This document shows, one piece after another, positions 24,624 to 35,360 of a stretch of 64,000 bases of DNA (positions within the stretch are counted from its first letter, which is position 1; the number at the start of each line of letters is the position of its first letter). The position numbers and the translations under genes were made by a program. This DNA comes from an uncultured Thermodesulfovibrio sp. Its GTDB lineage: Bacteria; Nitrospirota; Thermodesulfovibrionia; Thermodesulfovibrionales; JdFR-85. Where the stretch lies: NCBI GenBank assembly GCA_964542175.1, contig CAZITN010000001.1, positions 8,891-72,890 on the forward strand. Direction: 5' to 3'. The notes under the pieces are model-generated. The model was not told where the DNA came from. It saw only the letters and a list, made by a program, of their open reading frames with translations, and ran no database searches.

Positions 24624-26587
24624 TGCTCATAAACCACCTTCCCCATATCATCCACCTCATAACCGCCGAGGGCATGGACGGATTTCCTGAACTCTCCGTC
24701 TTTTCTGATTATCTCAAGAAGGGCGGTCATAGGAGAAAAGTCTTCAAAATCCCTGGGAATTATTAGGTCGAACCTCTCCGTTGCAACGGGGATGAAGTCC
24801 AGCCCAAGGGCGATTGCCGAGGTGAGTATTGCCATCCCGGTATCAGCAACACCGCTCAGGACTGATGAGGCAACACCCATGTGGGTAAATTCCTCCCGTT
24901 CATATCCCCTGATGTCTGAGTGATCTATACCTTCTTCGCGGAGGCACTTGTCAGTAAGCAACCTTGTGCCTGAGCCCTTCTGTCTGTTTATGAAGACAAT
25001 ATCATCCCTGGTGAGATCCTGAATTCCTGATATGCCCTTGGGATTACCTTTGGGAACTAGCAGACCCTGTTGCCGTCTGAGAAAGGTCACCAGCCTCAGA
25101 GGGAGGTCCGGAAGGAGCTTCCTTATAAATGGTATGTTATACTCTCCGGTCTCTTCGTCAAGGAGGTGTGTCCCTGCCAGATGGGCCTCTCCCCGTTTGA
25201 TCGCCAGTATCCCGCCCATGGAACCCACATGGGCTGAAGAGAGGCTGAAGGACGGATGGTTTTTTTTCAGCCAGTTTGAGAGTATGTCTATGGATATGTC
25301 ATGACTTCCAATCATGACAAGGGTGTTTTCTATCTCATGGAGAGGTCTCAGAAGCCTGACTGTGACTTCACTGCCAGGTGCTGCGCCCTCACTCAGTTCA
25401 GGAATCCTTACTATCCCGTCAGCCCGCTGAAGGCTCATCAGGGCACCGGCCCCCCTCCCGACAGGGGTTGCCATGAACTTATCCCTCACCCTTCCCACCT
25501 TCACCCTCAGAAACTCCTCTTTGCCCGGTGTTGAACTTACAGGACGGGAGATATGGGCTGTTATCCTTTCTTCAGGAGGATCAGGAAGCCCCCTGAGTCT
25601 GTTTATAAGGGGAATACCGAAGAGTTCAAAGGTTATATAGGCACTTACAGGATATCCGGGGATTCCCAGTACGGGTTTTTCATTTATAAGACCAAGGAGG
25701 ACAGGCTTGCCCGGTCTGATCCTTATCCCATGGACCAAGACATCGCCCAGTTCGGCGATCGCATCGGGACAGTAATCCCTCGTTCCTGCTGAGGAACCGG
25801 CTATTGTTACCACGAAATCCGATTTGTCGAGATAGTCAGAAATGGTCTTCTTGAGTAACTCCTTACTGTCAGGGACAACATCCACCCTCTCAAAGGTCCC
25901 GCCTGACGCCTCTATTATTGCACCGATCATGAAACTGTCGTAATCAATGATCTTGCCTTTTTCGAGCGGTGTTCCTGGATCAATTATCTCATTTCCGGTT
26001 GGTATGATGACGGCATGGGGCATCTTCCGGACCAATACCTTGGTATTCCCGCCGGCAAGCATCGCAGCGAGGTCTACAGGACGGATAAGGTGGTTTTCCG
26101 GAAGGATGAGTTCTGTCTTCACTATATCCTCCCCCACGGACCGTACGTTCTGGTAGGGTGTAGCAGGTGCATGGAACTTTATGTATCCGTTTTCGATCTG
26201 GAGGCCTTCAATCATCAGGACAGCATTGAAGCCTTCGGGAAGGGGATCTCCGGTGTTTACCTCAACTGCCTCTGGCCCTATTTTCAGTCGGACCGGTGTT
26301 GTCTCTGAGGCACCGAAGGTATCTTCAAACCGGACGGCAAAACCATCCATGGCAGAGGAATTGTAAAAGGGGGAGGAGTTCAGGGCTATGACAGGTTCAG
26401 CCGTTATCCTGCCCAGAGAGTGTATGACAGGAGTCTCCTCAGGAGGCAGTGGGCAGATACTCTCAAGGACTTTTTCCCATTTTTCCCAGGCCTCCTGTAG
26501 GGATATGTTTTCAGGAAAGACCCTTCTTGATGACCGGCTCACTTTGTCTTTATTCTGCCAGGGCTTCTGTCTTGCCTGGTAGTTCAA
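24620..26587 (-). CDS. moeA: molybdopterin molybdenumtransferase MoeA fused to a C-terminal periplasmic-binding-protein-like domain
   Basis: MoeA N, MoCF and C domains (SPFYNSSAMDGFAV, GSSAGTRDY). They are followed by a ~230-aa PBP-like domain (IGSHD...GSGTR). Confidence 0.8.
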   Translation of the reverse strand: MNYQARQKPWQNKDKVSRSSRRVFPENISLQEAWEKWEKVLESICPLPPEETPVIHSLGRITAEPVIALNSSPFYNSSAMDGFAVRFEDTFGASETTPVRLKIGPEAVEVNTGDPLPEGFNAVLMIEGLQIENGYIKFHAPATPYQNVRSVGEDIVKTELILPENHLIRPVDLAAMLAGGNTKVLVRKMPHAVIIPTGNEIIDPGTPLEKGKIIDYDSFMIGAIIEASGGTFERVDVVPDSKELLKKTISDYLDKSDFVVTIAGSSAGTRDYCPDAIAELGDVLVHGIRIRPGKPVLLGLINEKPVLGIPGYPVSAYITFELFGIPLINRLRGLPDPPEERITAHISRPVSSTPGKEEFLRVKVGRVRDKFMATPVGRGAGALMSLQRADGIVRIPELSEGAAPGSEVTVRLLRPLHEIENTLVMIGSHDISIDILSNWLKKNHPSFSLSSAHVGSMGGILAIKRGEAHLAGTHLLDEETGEYNIPFIRKLLPDLPLRLVTFLRRQQGLLVPKGNPKGISGIQDLTRDDIVFINRQKGSGTRLLTDKCLREEGIDHSDIRGYEREEFTHMGVASSVLSGVADTGMAILTSAIALGLDFIPVATERFDLIIPRDFEDFSPMTALLEIIRKDGEFRKSVHALGGYEVDDMGKVVYEQ

Positions 26588-26933
26588 GAATCTTGTCTGA
26601 CTTCTGGTTCATCATGGAATGTCCGTCAAAGATGCCGCCTTCCATGATAACGAGCTTGGGAGTTGTGATATCGCCCGATACCCTCCCCTTGTTCTTTATT
26701 TCAACTGCCTCTTTCGAGTTGATGTTCCCCTCGATCACGCCTCCCACGGCCACGCCGGAGGCAAGAATATCTCCCTTAACTACCCCCTTGGGCCCGATTA
26801 CGACCCAGTCCGACCTGATGTTCCCTTCAATCTTTCCATCCACCCTGAGGGTTCCCTTGATCTCGACCTCACCCCTTACGGTTGACTTCTCGCCAATTAT
26901 TGTTTCCACTTTATCGTACTTTTTGCTGAACAT
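26550..26933 (-). CDS. bactofilin (polymer-forming cytoskeletal protein)
   Basis: Beta-helical repeats, VRGEVEIKGTLRVDGKIEGNI.... Start moved to ATG 26933 with GGAGG 6 nt upstream. Confidence 0.85.
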   Translation of the reverse strand: MFSKKYDKVETIIGEKSTVRGEVEIKGTLRVDGKIEGNIRSDWVVIGPKGVVKGDILASGVAVGGVIEGNINSKEAVEIKNKGRVSGDITTPKLVIMEGGIFDGHSMMNQKSDKILELPGKTEALAE

Positions 26934-27771
26934 GTTCTTCCTCCCCAAGGTAGGATTTAGGGTTGACGGGCTTCTTGTCGAGCCAGACCTCGTAGTGTAC
27001 GTGGGGGCCCGTTGAATTGCCTGTGGAGCCTACAAAGGAGATGATCTCACCCCTGTGGACCTTCTGGCCCACCTTGACGAGTATCTTCTTGTTGTGGGCA
27101 TAGGCTGTGGTGTACCCGAAACCATGCTCTATTACTACAAGCCTTCCACTCCCTCCGGACCATCCGGCAAAACTTACTATCCCGTCTGCCGTAGCCCTTA
27201 CAGGGGTACCAGGCCAGGCGGCAATGTCCACTCCGGAGTGAAAATCTCTCCTGCCGGTTTTGGGATGCTTTCTCCACCCAAAGGTTGAGCTTATGTAGCC
27301 GTTGTCCACAGGAAATCCTTTTGGTGTAGCGAAGTAGATGTCCCTCTCCTGACGCAGATAGTCCCTGATTTCTCCAACAGTATCCATCGTCTTTTCTATC
27401 TGTTTCTTCAGGACCTCCATATCAAGGGAGCCTGTGTCGGATATGTCCAGATTTTCCAGAATCTCTTCCCTCTTGTTTAATGCAAACAGTCGTTTGAAGT
27501 CTGACTCTGCCTTCTTCAGAGAAAGCAGTGTGTTGCGGAGATCGGCAAAGCGGGAACGGTAAAAATCAAGTTGCTCCGAAACCTCCTGGTACTTTTTTGT
27601 CGTCACACCCGTGGAGACAAGATAAATCGATGCAGAAAGCCAGAGTATGAAGATAAGTATGATGCCGATTGAAGGAAGCCTGATGCTTATGGGTCTCTTC
27701 TGTGTATGGGGTATGAACATTATGGTGACAGGAGTGAAAAGACGACGGATGAATTTCTTAATCCTGTACAT
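26911..27771 (-). CDS. M23 family metallopeptidase (membrane anchored, coiled-coil)
   Basis: HxxxD (HSGVD) and HxH (GPHVHYEV) motifs. Start set at ATG 27771 with AAGGGGG upstream. Confidence 0.85.
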   Translation of the reverse strand: MYRIKKFIRRLFTPVTIMFIPHTQKRPISIRLPSIGIILIFILWLSASIYLVSTGVTTKKYQEVSEQLDFYRSRFADLRNTLLSLKKAESDFKRLFALNKREEILENLDISDTGSLDMEVLKKQIEKTMDTVGEIRDYLRQERDIYFATPKGFPVDNGYISSTFGWRKHPKTGRRDFHSGVDIAAWPGTPVRATADGIVSFAGWSGGSGRLVVIEHGFGYTTAYAHNKKILVKVGQKVHRGEIISFVGSTGNSTGPHVHYEVWLDKKPVNPKSYLGEEEHVQQKVR

Positions 27772-28819
27772 ATACAACCCCCTTTCCACCTTTATTTATA
27801 ACTCCAATAATGGATGACTCGTAACCTGACTCTTTGAGTATGTGTATGGAGCTGTCTGCATCCGTTTCAGGAACTATTATAATATACCCTATTCCAAGAT
27901 TAAAGGTCCTCTCCATCTCTACAAACTCCACTTTCCCGAGATCCCTGATGAGTTCGAATACAGGGAGCCGGGGAAGGGAATTCCTGGAAATCTCGGCCCG
28001 GCACCCCTCCGGGAGAATCCTTGAGAGGTTTCCTGATATGCCTCCTCCTGTTATATGAGCCATACCCTTGAGATGTATACCCTCTCTCAGGAGTTCAAGC
28101 ACGCCTCTGACATAAATCCTTGTGGGTTCAAGAAGCTCTTCGCCGAGGGACCTCCCCAGTTGCTCGACATGCTGGTCTATCCTGAATTTGTGAATCTCAA
28201 AAAAGAGCTTTCTGACAAGGGAGAAGCCATTGCTGTGAAGCCCCCCTGATCTCAGACCGATAATCCGGTCTGATTCCGCTATCGCGGTTCCGTCAATTAT
28301 GGAGTTTCTGTTTACTGCACCAACGGCAAACCCCGAGAGGTCATACTCCCCGTCCGGGTAGAATCCCGGCATTTCGGCGGTCTCACCACCTATCAGGGCA
28401 CAGCCGGCATCCTTGCATCCTCTTGCTATACCCGATATGACATCTCTTGCTTTCTCTGCCGTAAGCCGTCCTGTTGCAAAGTAATCAAGGAAGAAGAGGG
28501 GCTCTGCACCAGAGGTAAGGATGTCGTTAACGCACATCGCCACAAGGTCGATTCCTACGGTATCATGCCTGTCAGCCATGAAGGCTATCTTGAGCTTTGT
28601 CCCTACTCCGTCAGTCCCGCTTACCAGAACTGGATCGTGATATCGGGCCGTGTCCAGGGAAAAGAGGCCACTGAAACCGCCTATGCCCGTAAGGACCTCC
28701 TTCCTGAAGGTCTCCTGAACCAGGGGGGAGATGAGTCCTACAAGCCTCTCTCCTTCTTTGATATCCACACCGGCATCCCTGTAGGTGAGTCCTTCAGACA
28801 TAACCCTATTATTTTGCAT
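27758..28819 (-). CDS. purM: phosphoribosylformylglycinamidine cyclo-ligase (AIR synthetase)
   Basis: YRDAGVDI N-terminus and DGVGTK motif. Confidence 0.93.
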   Translation of the reverse strand: MQNNRVMSEGLTYRDAGVDIKEGERLVGLISPLVQETFRKEVLTGIGGFSGLFSLDTARYHDPVLVSGTDGVGTKLKIAFMADRHDTVGIDLVAMCVNDILTSGAEPLFFLDYFATGRLTAEKARDVISGIARGCKDAGCALIGGETAEMPGFYPDGEYDLSGFAVGAVNRNSIIDGTAIAESDRIIGLRSGGLHSNGFSLVRKLFFEIHKFRIDQHVEQLGRSLGEELLEPTRIYVRGVLELLREGIHLKGMAHITGGGISGNLSRILPEGCRAEISRNSLPRLPVFELIRDLGKVEFVEMERTFNLGIGYIIIVPETDADSSIHILKESGYESSIIGVINKGGKGVVYVQD

Positions 28820-28861
28820 AAATTCCTTTATTTAAGCAAGGATTATCTGTTAAATTAAAAA

Positions 28862-29026
28862 GGCAGCGTGGAGCATGGAGCGGGTAGCGGATTGGGAGAG
28901 AAAAAATAGGCTAAGGCTAAGGTTTAAGGTCAAGGTTAAGCCTGAGTAACCTGATAACTTAGTAACCCAATGACCAATGACGGTCTTTACCCAATACCCA
29001 TTAACCAATATACCAATATACTAATA
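28862..29026 (-). repeat. family-1 modular intergenic repeat, copy D (long form W1-W2-W3-W4-W5, inverted orientation)
   Basis: The reverse complement aligns along its length with copy E. Shared words are tatattggtatattgg, taaagaccgtcattggtcattgggtta, gttatcaggttactcaggc, ttaaccttgaccttaaaccttagcc and ccgctacccgct. Confidence 0.8.
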
Positions 29027-29036
29027 AGCAAATACC

Positions 29037-29987
29037 ATGAGAGTGATCAGAGGCATAGATAATCTTCCTGACTCGGAAATCGTAAACCCCGTCATAACGC
29101 TGGGCAACTTTGACGGTGTACACCTGGGCCATAGGAAGATTTTTGAACGCGTGATCAGTGCTGCCAGAACGGAAGGGGGGACCTCCATGGTCATAACCTT
29201 CCATCCCCACCCAATGAAGGTCCTTGCGCCGGAGAAGAACCTCAGGCTCCTCACGCCGATTGATCAGAAGTTGAGACTCATAGAGGAGACAGGGATAGAG
29301 AGCGTGCTTCTGATCGAGTTCACAAAGGAGTTTGCAAAAATGCCGCCTGAGGATTTTATCCGTGATGTGCTCATTGATAAACTTAAAGCAAAACATGTAA
29401 TAATAGGACATAACTACCGGTTTGGAAAACATAAAAGAGGTAACACTCAGATGCTGAGATACTTTGGCCGTCGCTACGGGTTCAGGGTGAATGTAGTAAG
29501 AAACATGAAGATCAATAGATTCACCGTAAGCAGCACAAGGGTAAGGCAGCTTCTGCACTGGGGCAGGGTATGCGAGGCATCGGCCCTGCTGGGAAGGCCG
29601 TACTCCATTCACGGAGAGGTGGTCCGTGGGACGGGGAGGGGACATAAGATACTTCAGATCCCGACGGCCAATATCTCAACCCCCCATGAACTCATCCCAA
29701 GGGAGGGGGTTTATGCTGTCAAGGCTGCCTTTGACGGCAATGTCTATGACGGGGTTGCAAACATTGGGAAGAACCCCACCTTCAACGGTGAGGAAATGAG
29801 CTATGAAGTCCATCTCTTCGGGTACTCGGGAAATCTACTGGGTAAGGAGTTGACTGTTTACTTCATCGACCGCCTGAGGGGAGAGAAGAAGTTCTCTTCT
29901 CCCGAAGAACTGAAGGCCCAGATCCAGAAGGATATGGACATAGCCGGTATGATACTAAAGGAATACAGGGTCAACGTCAACCCTTAA
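29037..29987 (+). CDS. ribF: bifunctional riboflavin kinase / FMN adenylyltransferase
   Basis: GNFDGVHLGH motif and a C-terminal riboflavin kinase domain (PTANI, GVANIG.NPTF). Confidence 0.93.
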   Translation: MRVIRGIDNLPDSEIVNPVITLGNFDGVHLGHRKIFERVISAARTEGGTSMVITFHPHPMKVLAPEKNLRLLTPIDQKLRLIEETGIESVLLIEFTKEFAKMPPEDFIRDVLIDKLKAKHVIIGHNYRFGKHKRGNTQMLRYFGRRYGFRVNVVRNMKINRFTVSSTRVRQLLHWGRVCEASALLGRPYSIHGEVVRGTGRGHKILQIPTANISTPHELIPREGVYAVKAAFDGNVYDGVANIGKNPTFNGEEMSYEVHLFGYSGNLLGKELTVYFIDRLRGEKKFSSPEELKAQIQKDMDIAGMILKEYRVNVNP

Positions 29988-31925
29988 CAGGAACCCCTCT
30001 CCTTCGATACACTCGATTATCTTAAGTGCCTCCTTTCTTAGTATATACCTTCTTTCGGCAAGGAGGAGGATCTGGCATGCTTCACTGTATCCTTTGAGAC
30101 GCGGAGGCACCCTGAAGGGGCCGTCCATCTGGACCGCTTCATCTGGAACAAGGGGTTTCAGTATCTCTTCGAGCCGACGGCTTAGATCAGTTTCCTTTCT
30201 GGAATAGACATACAGGGCTATCATCTTCCTGAAGGGGGGCAGACCCTGCTCTTTCCTTTCCTGGAGTTCCTTTCTCAGGAAGGATAGGTAATCCGGCCTT
30301 TTCAGACACCTGTAGAGGTGATGCCAGGAGAGGCTAGTCTGGAGAATGACTTTTCCATGGGGAAGAAGATGGTTTCTCAACTCGAAGATATCCTGGCACA
30401 GGCGTTCCGGGGCCCTGAAGTCCGGGAGGTTAAGAATCATGTCAGGGTTCAGAAAGACGATGAGATCCAGCTTGAGGCCCTTCATGGCCCTGGGTGAGAA
30501 TGTTCCCACTATCAGGGCATCCCTCCTTATGGGAATCTTCATTTCCTCCTGACCGGAGGGGCCAGAATAGGAAAGAGAGTCAAGTGAACGCATCTGTCTC
30601 TTCCGGCCCTGCTCATCGGCTATGGCACTGAACCCCCTTGAATCCCCGATCACCTTGTCAAGGCTTTCCCTGATTTTTTCAACTCCTGAACCTGAGGGGG
30701 TTAGGGAGAAGCCTCCACAGGACGGACAGGCCTCAGGAGGGGGCTTTCTGAAACCACAATGGTGGCACCGGAGTCCCTCTCCTTTGTGAAGAACAAGGGG
30801 GATCTCACAGCCGGGACAGACCTCTACATCTCCACAGTCTTTGCAGGTCAAGATACCCATTCCCAGGCGGTGCATTATGAATAGGGCCCTGAACTCGCCG
30901 GGGTTTCTCTCAGCCATCCTGCCTACTTCTCTAAGGAGCCTTCTGGAAAGAAACGGTGTATACTGGGGGGACTCATCCTTTTTTCTGGCAAAGACCTGGA
31001 GCTCTCTGCCGCGGTCCTCAGATTGGCGCATTATGTAGCCCCTGTATCTTCCGGCCTTCATGTTGTACCATGATTCCGCTGAGGGAGCCTGGGAGGAAAG
31101 GATGACAGGAACTTTTTCGAAGAGGCCTCTCATTACAGCCATATCCCTGCCGTTGTAACGGGGTGTCTCGTCCTGCTTGTAGTGGGTGCTATGCTCTCTG
31201 GTTACCAGTATGGCCTCTGGAGAAAAGGGGAGGAAGAGGGCAGATCTCGTTCCCACAAGGACATGGATGCTTCCATCCAGCACTTTCCCAATTACATAAT
31301 TCCTTTCGGACCTCTTCAGGGCAGAGTGGAAAAGCCCCGCCCCATCTCCCAGTTCTTTGGCGGCAAGACTCCAGAGCCTCTCTGCATCACTCTGGACAGG
31401 AGAAAGAATGAGCAAACGGAGCCCCCTTTTCAGCAAAGTCATAATCAGCCCTGATTCTTCTTTTTCCGATGGTGCAATAAAAAGGAAGGGCTTGAGGTCC
31501 GCCTGCCCTATGGCGGTCCATAATTCCTTAAAAACACCCTCAGGGAGTTCCACCGTCTCTCCAGTCCGGCTGATTGCTGGAGAGGAGGAGTTTCTTGGAG
31601 GCCGGAGTATCTCGTTGGGGAGCATGCTTTTCAGCATCAGACCATAGGGAGAGAAATAGTACTCCTTTCCCCACTCGAGGAGTTTCAGAAGCGGTTCAGT
31701 AAAGTAGGGCTTTTCACCTACGAGCCCTGTAACACCCTCCAGCCTTTTCTCCGGTAAGCCTCTGTGGCAGCGAAGAACCACACCCTTCTTTTCCTTCTTC
31801 CGGAGGGGAGCCTTTACGAGAAACCCCGGGGCAATCCTGTCGGCGAATTCATCGGGCACAAAATAGGTCAGGGATGATATCTTCTGGGGAAAAAGGATAT
31901 CACAGAGGAGGACGGTATCAGTCAA
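29955..31925 (-). CDS. priA: primosomal protein N' (PriA) homolog with degenerate helicase motifs
   Basis: It is collinear with PriA, and the Cys-rich zinc region is retained (CKDCG..CPGC...CHHCG...CPSCGG). Walker A, DEEH and motif VI positions read [12 protein letters not shown] and ELRNHL. Confidence 0.8.
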   Translation of the reverse strand: MTDTVLLCDILFPQKISSLTYFVPDEFADRIAPGFLVKAPLRKKEKKGVVLRCHRGLPEKRLEGVTGLVGEKPYFTEPLLKLLEWGKEYYFSPYGLMLKSMLPNEILRPPRNSSSPAISRTGETVELPEGVFKELWTAIGQADLKPFLFIAPSEKEESGLIMTLLKRGLRLLILSPVQSDAERLWSLAAKELGDGAGLFHSALKRSERNYVIGKVLDGSIHVLVGTRSALFLPFSPEAILVTREHSTHYKQDETPRYNGRDMAVMRGLFEKVPVILSSQAPSAESWYNMKAGRYRGYIMRQSEDRGRELQVFARKKDESPQYTPFLSRRLLREVGRMAERNPGEFRALFIMHRLGMGILTCKDCGDVEVCPGCEIPLVLHKGEGLRCHHCGFRKPPPEACPSCGGFSLTPSGSGVEKIRESLDKVIGDSRGFSAIADEQGRKRQMRSLDSLSYSGPSGQEEMKIPIRRDALIVGTFSPRAMKGLKLDLIVFLNPDMILNLPDFRAPERLCQDIFELRNHLLPHGKVILQTSLSWHHLYRCLKRPDYLSFLRKELQERKEQGLPPFRKMIALYVYSRKETDLSRRLEEILKPLVPDEAVQMDGPFRVPPRLKGYSEACQILLLAERRYILRKEALKIIECIEGEGFLLRVDVDPVFL

Positions 31926-32367
31926 AGAGTCCCTTTACCTCTTCCATGAATTCTTTTACATCCTTGAACTGCCTGTAGACTGAGGCGAACCTGACATAGG
32001 CCACCTGATCGAGTTCCCTGAGTGCCTTCATCACTTCCTCTCCTATTACTGAACTCTCGACCTCCTTTACTCCCATCTCAATCAGTTTTCTTTCAATCTC
32101 GTCAGCAATCCCGTCAAGCGTCTCAGTGGAGATCTTTAGTTTCTTGCAAGCGGTCTTGAGGCCACCAAGGATCTTGTTCCGGTCAAACTCCTCCCGTCTG
32201 CCGTCCTTCTTGACAACCATGGGAAGAATGTCTTCTATCCTTTCATAGGAGGTGAAGCGTCTCTCGCACTTCAGACATTCCCTCCGCCTACGAATGACAT
32301 CCCCCTCCCTGCTGGTCCGGGAGTCTATAACCCTGTCTTCAAGGTTTCCACAAAAGGGACATTTCAT
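31918..32367 (-). CDS. nrdR: transcriptional repressor NrdR
   Basis: MKCPFCG...[12 protein letters not shown] zinc ribbon plus an ATP-cone. Confidence 0.93.
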   Translation of the reverse strand: MKCPFCGNLEDRVIDSRTSREGDVIRRRRECLKCERRFTSYERIEDILPMVVKKDGRREEFDRNKILGGLKTACKKLKISTETLDGIADEIERKLIEMGVKEVESSVIGEEVMKALRELDQVAYVRFASVYRQFKDVKEFMEEVKGLFD

Positions 32368-32484
32368 GGTGAAGGGTCAATAGTACGTAGTGACTGGTGA
32401 GTGGTTAAGTGGCCTGTCCTGACAGATGCACCTGGCAGTATATCCCATGGTCTCAACATTGAACCAGACCTGTCCATATACTCA

Positions 32485-33720
32485 TCAATATATAGGGAAG
32501 GCATTACAGAGTTCCAGTACCCTCTGCCTGATTCCCGACAGTGTTGATTCGTCCATGGAATTGTTGATCACCCGGTCAACCAGGCTGGCAATCTCCTCCA
32601 TCTCTCCCTCCTTCATACCCCTGGTGGTCACACAGGGAGTACCAAGCCTGATACCGCTTGTAATGGCAGGAGGGTTCTCGTCATAGGGGATTGCATTCTT
32701 GTTAACAGTGATGCCTGCCAGATCAAGGGCGGTTTCGGCATCCTTGCCGGTAATACCCTTTCCGGTAAGGTTCAGAAGCATGAGATGGTTGTCCGTGCCT
32801 CCGGAGATTATTTCAAAGCCCTTTGAAAGGAGTTCTTCAGACAGACGTTTGGCGTTTGCTACTATCTGTTTCTGATAGTTTCTGAACTCCTCTGAGAGGG
32901 CCTCCTTCAACGCTACTGCCTTGGCAGCTATCACGTGTACAAGAGGACCTCCCTGAATGCCAGGGAATATCATCTTGTCTATCTTCTTGCCGAACTCTTC
33001 CCTGCACATTATGAGTCCTCCCCTGGGGCCCCTGAGGGTCTTGTGGGTCGTGGTAGTCACAAAGTCGGCATGGGGAAATGGAGAAGGATGGACTCCGCCG
33101 GCAATCAGGCCAGCGATATGGGCTATATCGGCAAGAAGGAAGGCGTCGACCTCACGGGCTATATCGGAAAATGCCTTGAAGTCTATTACTCTCGAGTATG
33201 CGCTTGCACCGGTGACGATAAGCCTGGGACGGTGTTGCCTTGCAAGCCTTCTTACTTCGTCGTAGTCAATATAACCATCCCTCCCAACACCGTAGTAGAC
33301 AGGATTGTAAAGAAAGCCTGAAAAGTTGACCCTGGCACCGTGGGTAAGGTGGCCGCCGTGACTGAGGTTCATCCCAAGGACCGTATCTCCTGGCTTCAGA
33401 ACAGTAAAGAAGACAGCCATGTTCGCCTGGGAGCCGGAGTGGGGCTGGACATTAACATATTCTGCACCGAAGAGTTTCCTTGCCCTTTCAATGGCAAGCT
33501 CTTCAATCCTGTCGGCGAATTCGCATCCACCGTAATAGCGCCTGTGAGGATAACCTTCGGCATACTTGTTGGTAAAGACAGAACCCTGTACTTCAAGGAC
33601 AGCTTTAGATGTATAGTTTTCAGAGGCAATGAGAAGGATCTTGTCCTTCTCCCTTTTTTCCTCACCAATTATCGCGTTATAGACATCAGGGTCTGTCTTT
33701 CTCACCTCATCAAGACACAT
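32485..33720 (-). CDS. glyA: serine hydroxymethyltransferase
   Basis: [17 protein letters not shown]-lysine motif. Confidence 0.95.
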   Translation of the reverse strand: MCLDEVRKTDPDVYNAIIGEEKREKDKILLIASENYTSKAVLEVQGSVFTNKYAEGYPHRRYYGGCEFADRIEELAIERARKLFGAEYVNVQPHSGSQANMAVFFTVLKPGDTVLGMNLSHGGHLTHGARVNFSGFLYNPVYYGVGRDGYIDYDEVRRLARQHRPRLIVTGASAYSRVIDFKAFSDIAREVDAFLLADIAHIAGLIAGGVHPSPFPHADFVTTTTHKTLRGPRGGLIMCREEFGKKIDKMIFPGIQGGPLVHVIAAKAVALKEALSEEFRNYQKQIVANAKRLSEELLSKGFEIISGGTDNHLMLLNLTGKGITGKDAETALDLAGITVNKNAIPYDENPPAITSGIRLGTPCVTTRGMKEGEMEEIASLVDRVINNSMDESTLSGIRQRVLELCNAFPIY

Positions 33721-34171
33721 CTCTTATCCTCTCTTCCAGTTTTTCAATCTTATCGAGTCTGCGTTGATGGCGTCCTCCTTCAAATGGGGTCTCAATCCAT
33801 GTCCTGAGGATGGCCTCGGCAGTCGTCATGTCAGTCACTCTACCGCCCATAACGAGGATGTTGGAATCATTATGGAGCCTGCTCATCCTGGAAGTGTATA
33901 CATCATGACAGAGTGTCGCCCTCACACGGGGGAACTTGTTTGCCACAATCGACATCCCCAGGCCGGTCCCGCATATGAGTATTCCTCTTTCAAGTTCGCC
34001 CTCTGAGACAGCCCTTGAGACTTTTTCTCCGAAATCAGGATAATCCACTGAACAGTCATCGGAGGGACCGAAATCTACAGGCTCGTATCCGAGACTTCTG
34101 AGTGTTTCCTTGAGGTGGTTTTTCATCTCAAGACCGGCATGATCAGACCCTATACCGATACGTACAGACAT
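33710..34171 (-). CDS. rpiB: ribose-5-phosphate isomerase B
   Basis: [15 protein letters not shown] motifs. Confidence 0.92.
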   Translation of the reverse strand: MSVRIGIGSDHAGLEMKNHLKETLRSLGYEPVDFGPSDDCSVDYPDFGEKVSRAVSEGELERGILICGTGLGMSIVANKFPRVRATLCHDVYTSRMSRLHNDSNILVMGGRVTDMTTAEAILRTWIETPFEGGRHQRRLDKIEKLEERIRDVS

Positions 34172-34277
34172 GTTCTTGTATCATAAATAAGAATTACGAT
34201 TGAAGTCAAGAAATCTCTTTGTGTATAATAAATATCTTTATTCGTGCATATTCCATACTTCCTGAAGGAGAAAGTGA

Positions 34278-35357
34278 ATGTACAGAATTACACTTATACC
34301 TGGTGACGGGATCGGACCTGAGATAAGCGAAGCCACAGTCCGTGTTATAGAGGCCACCGGTGTCAGGATAGACTGGGATGTCCAGGAGGCAGGTGAGGAT
34401 GTGTTTGAGAAGGAAGGAACTCCTCTTCCCGAGAGGGTGATAGAATCAATCAGGAGGAACGGAGTTGCAATAAAGGGCCCGGTTACGACCCCTGTGGGCA
34501 AGGGCTTCAGAAGCGTGAACGTCACGCTCAGGCAGACCCTTGACCTCTATGCCTGCCTCAGACCCTGCAAGGGCTTCAGGGGGGCCAGAACAAGATACGA
34601 TGACATAGACATTGTTATCGTACGGGAAAACACGGAAGACCTCTATGCAGGTATCGAGTTCCCCATGGGTACAGAAGAAACGATCGGACTGATTGATTAT
34701 ATCGACAAAACAACGGGAAAAAGGATAAGAGAGGATTCAGGCATCAGCATAAAGCCGATATCCGTTTACGGCACACAGAGGATAGTCCGGTTTGCCTTCG
34801 AGTACGCCAGGAAGAACGGTAGAAAGAAGGTTACTGCCGTCCACAAAGCCAATATCATGAAGTTTTCCGATGGCCTCTTTCTCGAGACCGCCAGGGAGGT
34901 TGCCTCAGAGTACCGGGATATTGAATTTGAGGACAGGATCATAGATAATATGTGCATGCAGCTTGTCCAGAAGCCGGAACTCTACGATGTCCTGGTATTG
35001 CCCAATCTGTACGGGGATATCGTCTCAGACCTTGGTGCCGGGCTTATCGGGGGGCTCGGCCTTGCTCCTGGAGCGAACATCGGTGAGGAAATAGCTGTTT
35101 TTGAACCTACCCACGGGAGTGCACCCAAGTATAAGGGTCAGAACAGGGTAAACCCCCTTGCCATGATACTTTCAGGTGTGATGATGCTCAGGTATCTTGG
35201 TGAATCCGATGCAGCTGAAAGGATGGAAAGGGCGGTGGCAGAGGTTGTCGCAGAGGGTAAAAGCGTCACTTACGACATGAAACCTTCGCCAGATGATCCT
35301 ACGGCAGTGGGGACGAGGGAAGTGGCTGATGCCATCATTGCGAGGATGAACGCATAA
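34278..35357 (+). CDS. isocitrate/isopropylmalate dehydrogenase family, likely NAD-dependent isocitrate dehydrogenase
   Basis: [20 protein letters not shown] motifs. At 359 aa it is the size of the IDH3-like subgroup. Confidence 0.8.
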   Translation: MYRITLIPGDGIGPEISEATVRVIEATGVRIDWDVQEAGEDVFEKEGTPLPERVIESIRRNGVAIKGPVTTPVGKGFRSVNVTLRQTLDLYACLRPCKGFRGARTRYDDIDIVIVRENTEDLYAGIEFPMGTEETIGLIDYIDKTTGKRIREDSGISIKPISVYGTQRIVRFAFEYARKNGRKKVTAVHKANIMKFSDGLFLETAREVASEYRDIEFEDRIIDNMCMQLVQKPELYDVLVLPNLYGDIVSDLGAGLIGGLGLAPGANIGEEIAVFEPTHGSAPKYKGQNRVNPLAMILSGVMMLRYLGESDAAERMERAVAEVVAEGKSVTYDMKPSPDDPTAVGTREVADAIIARMNA

Positions 35358-35360
35358 AAG

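Noticed and set aside
32368-32484. Possible sixth, degenerate family-1 repeat copy (gtgactggtgagtggttaagtgg) between nrdR and glyA
   Set aside because: Only about 20 nt resemble module W2/W4. This is too short and diverged to call without a profile search.
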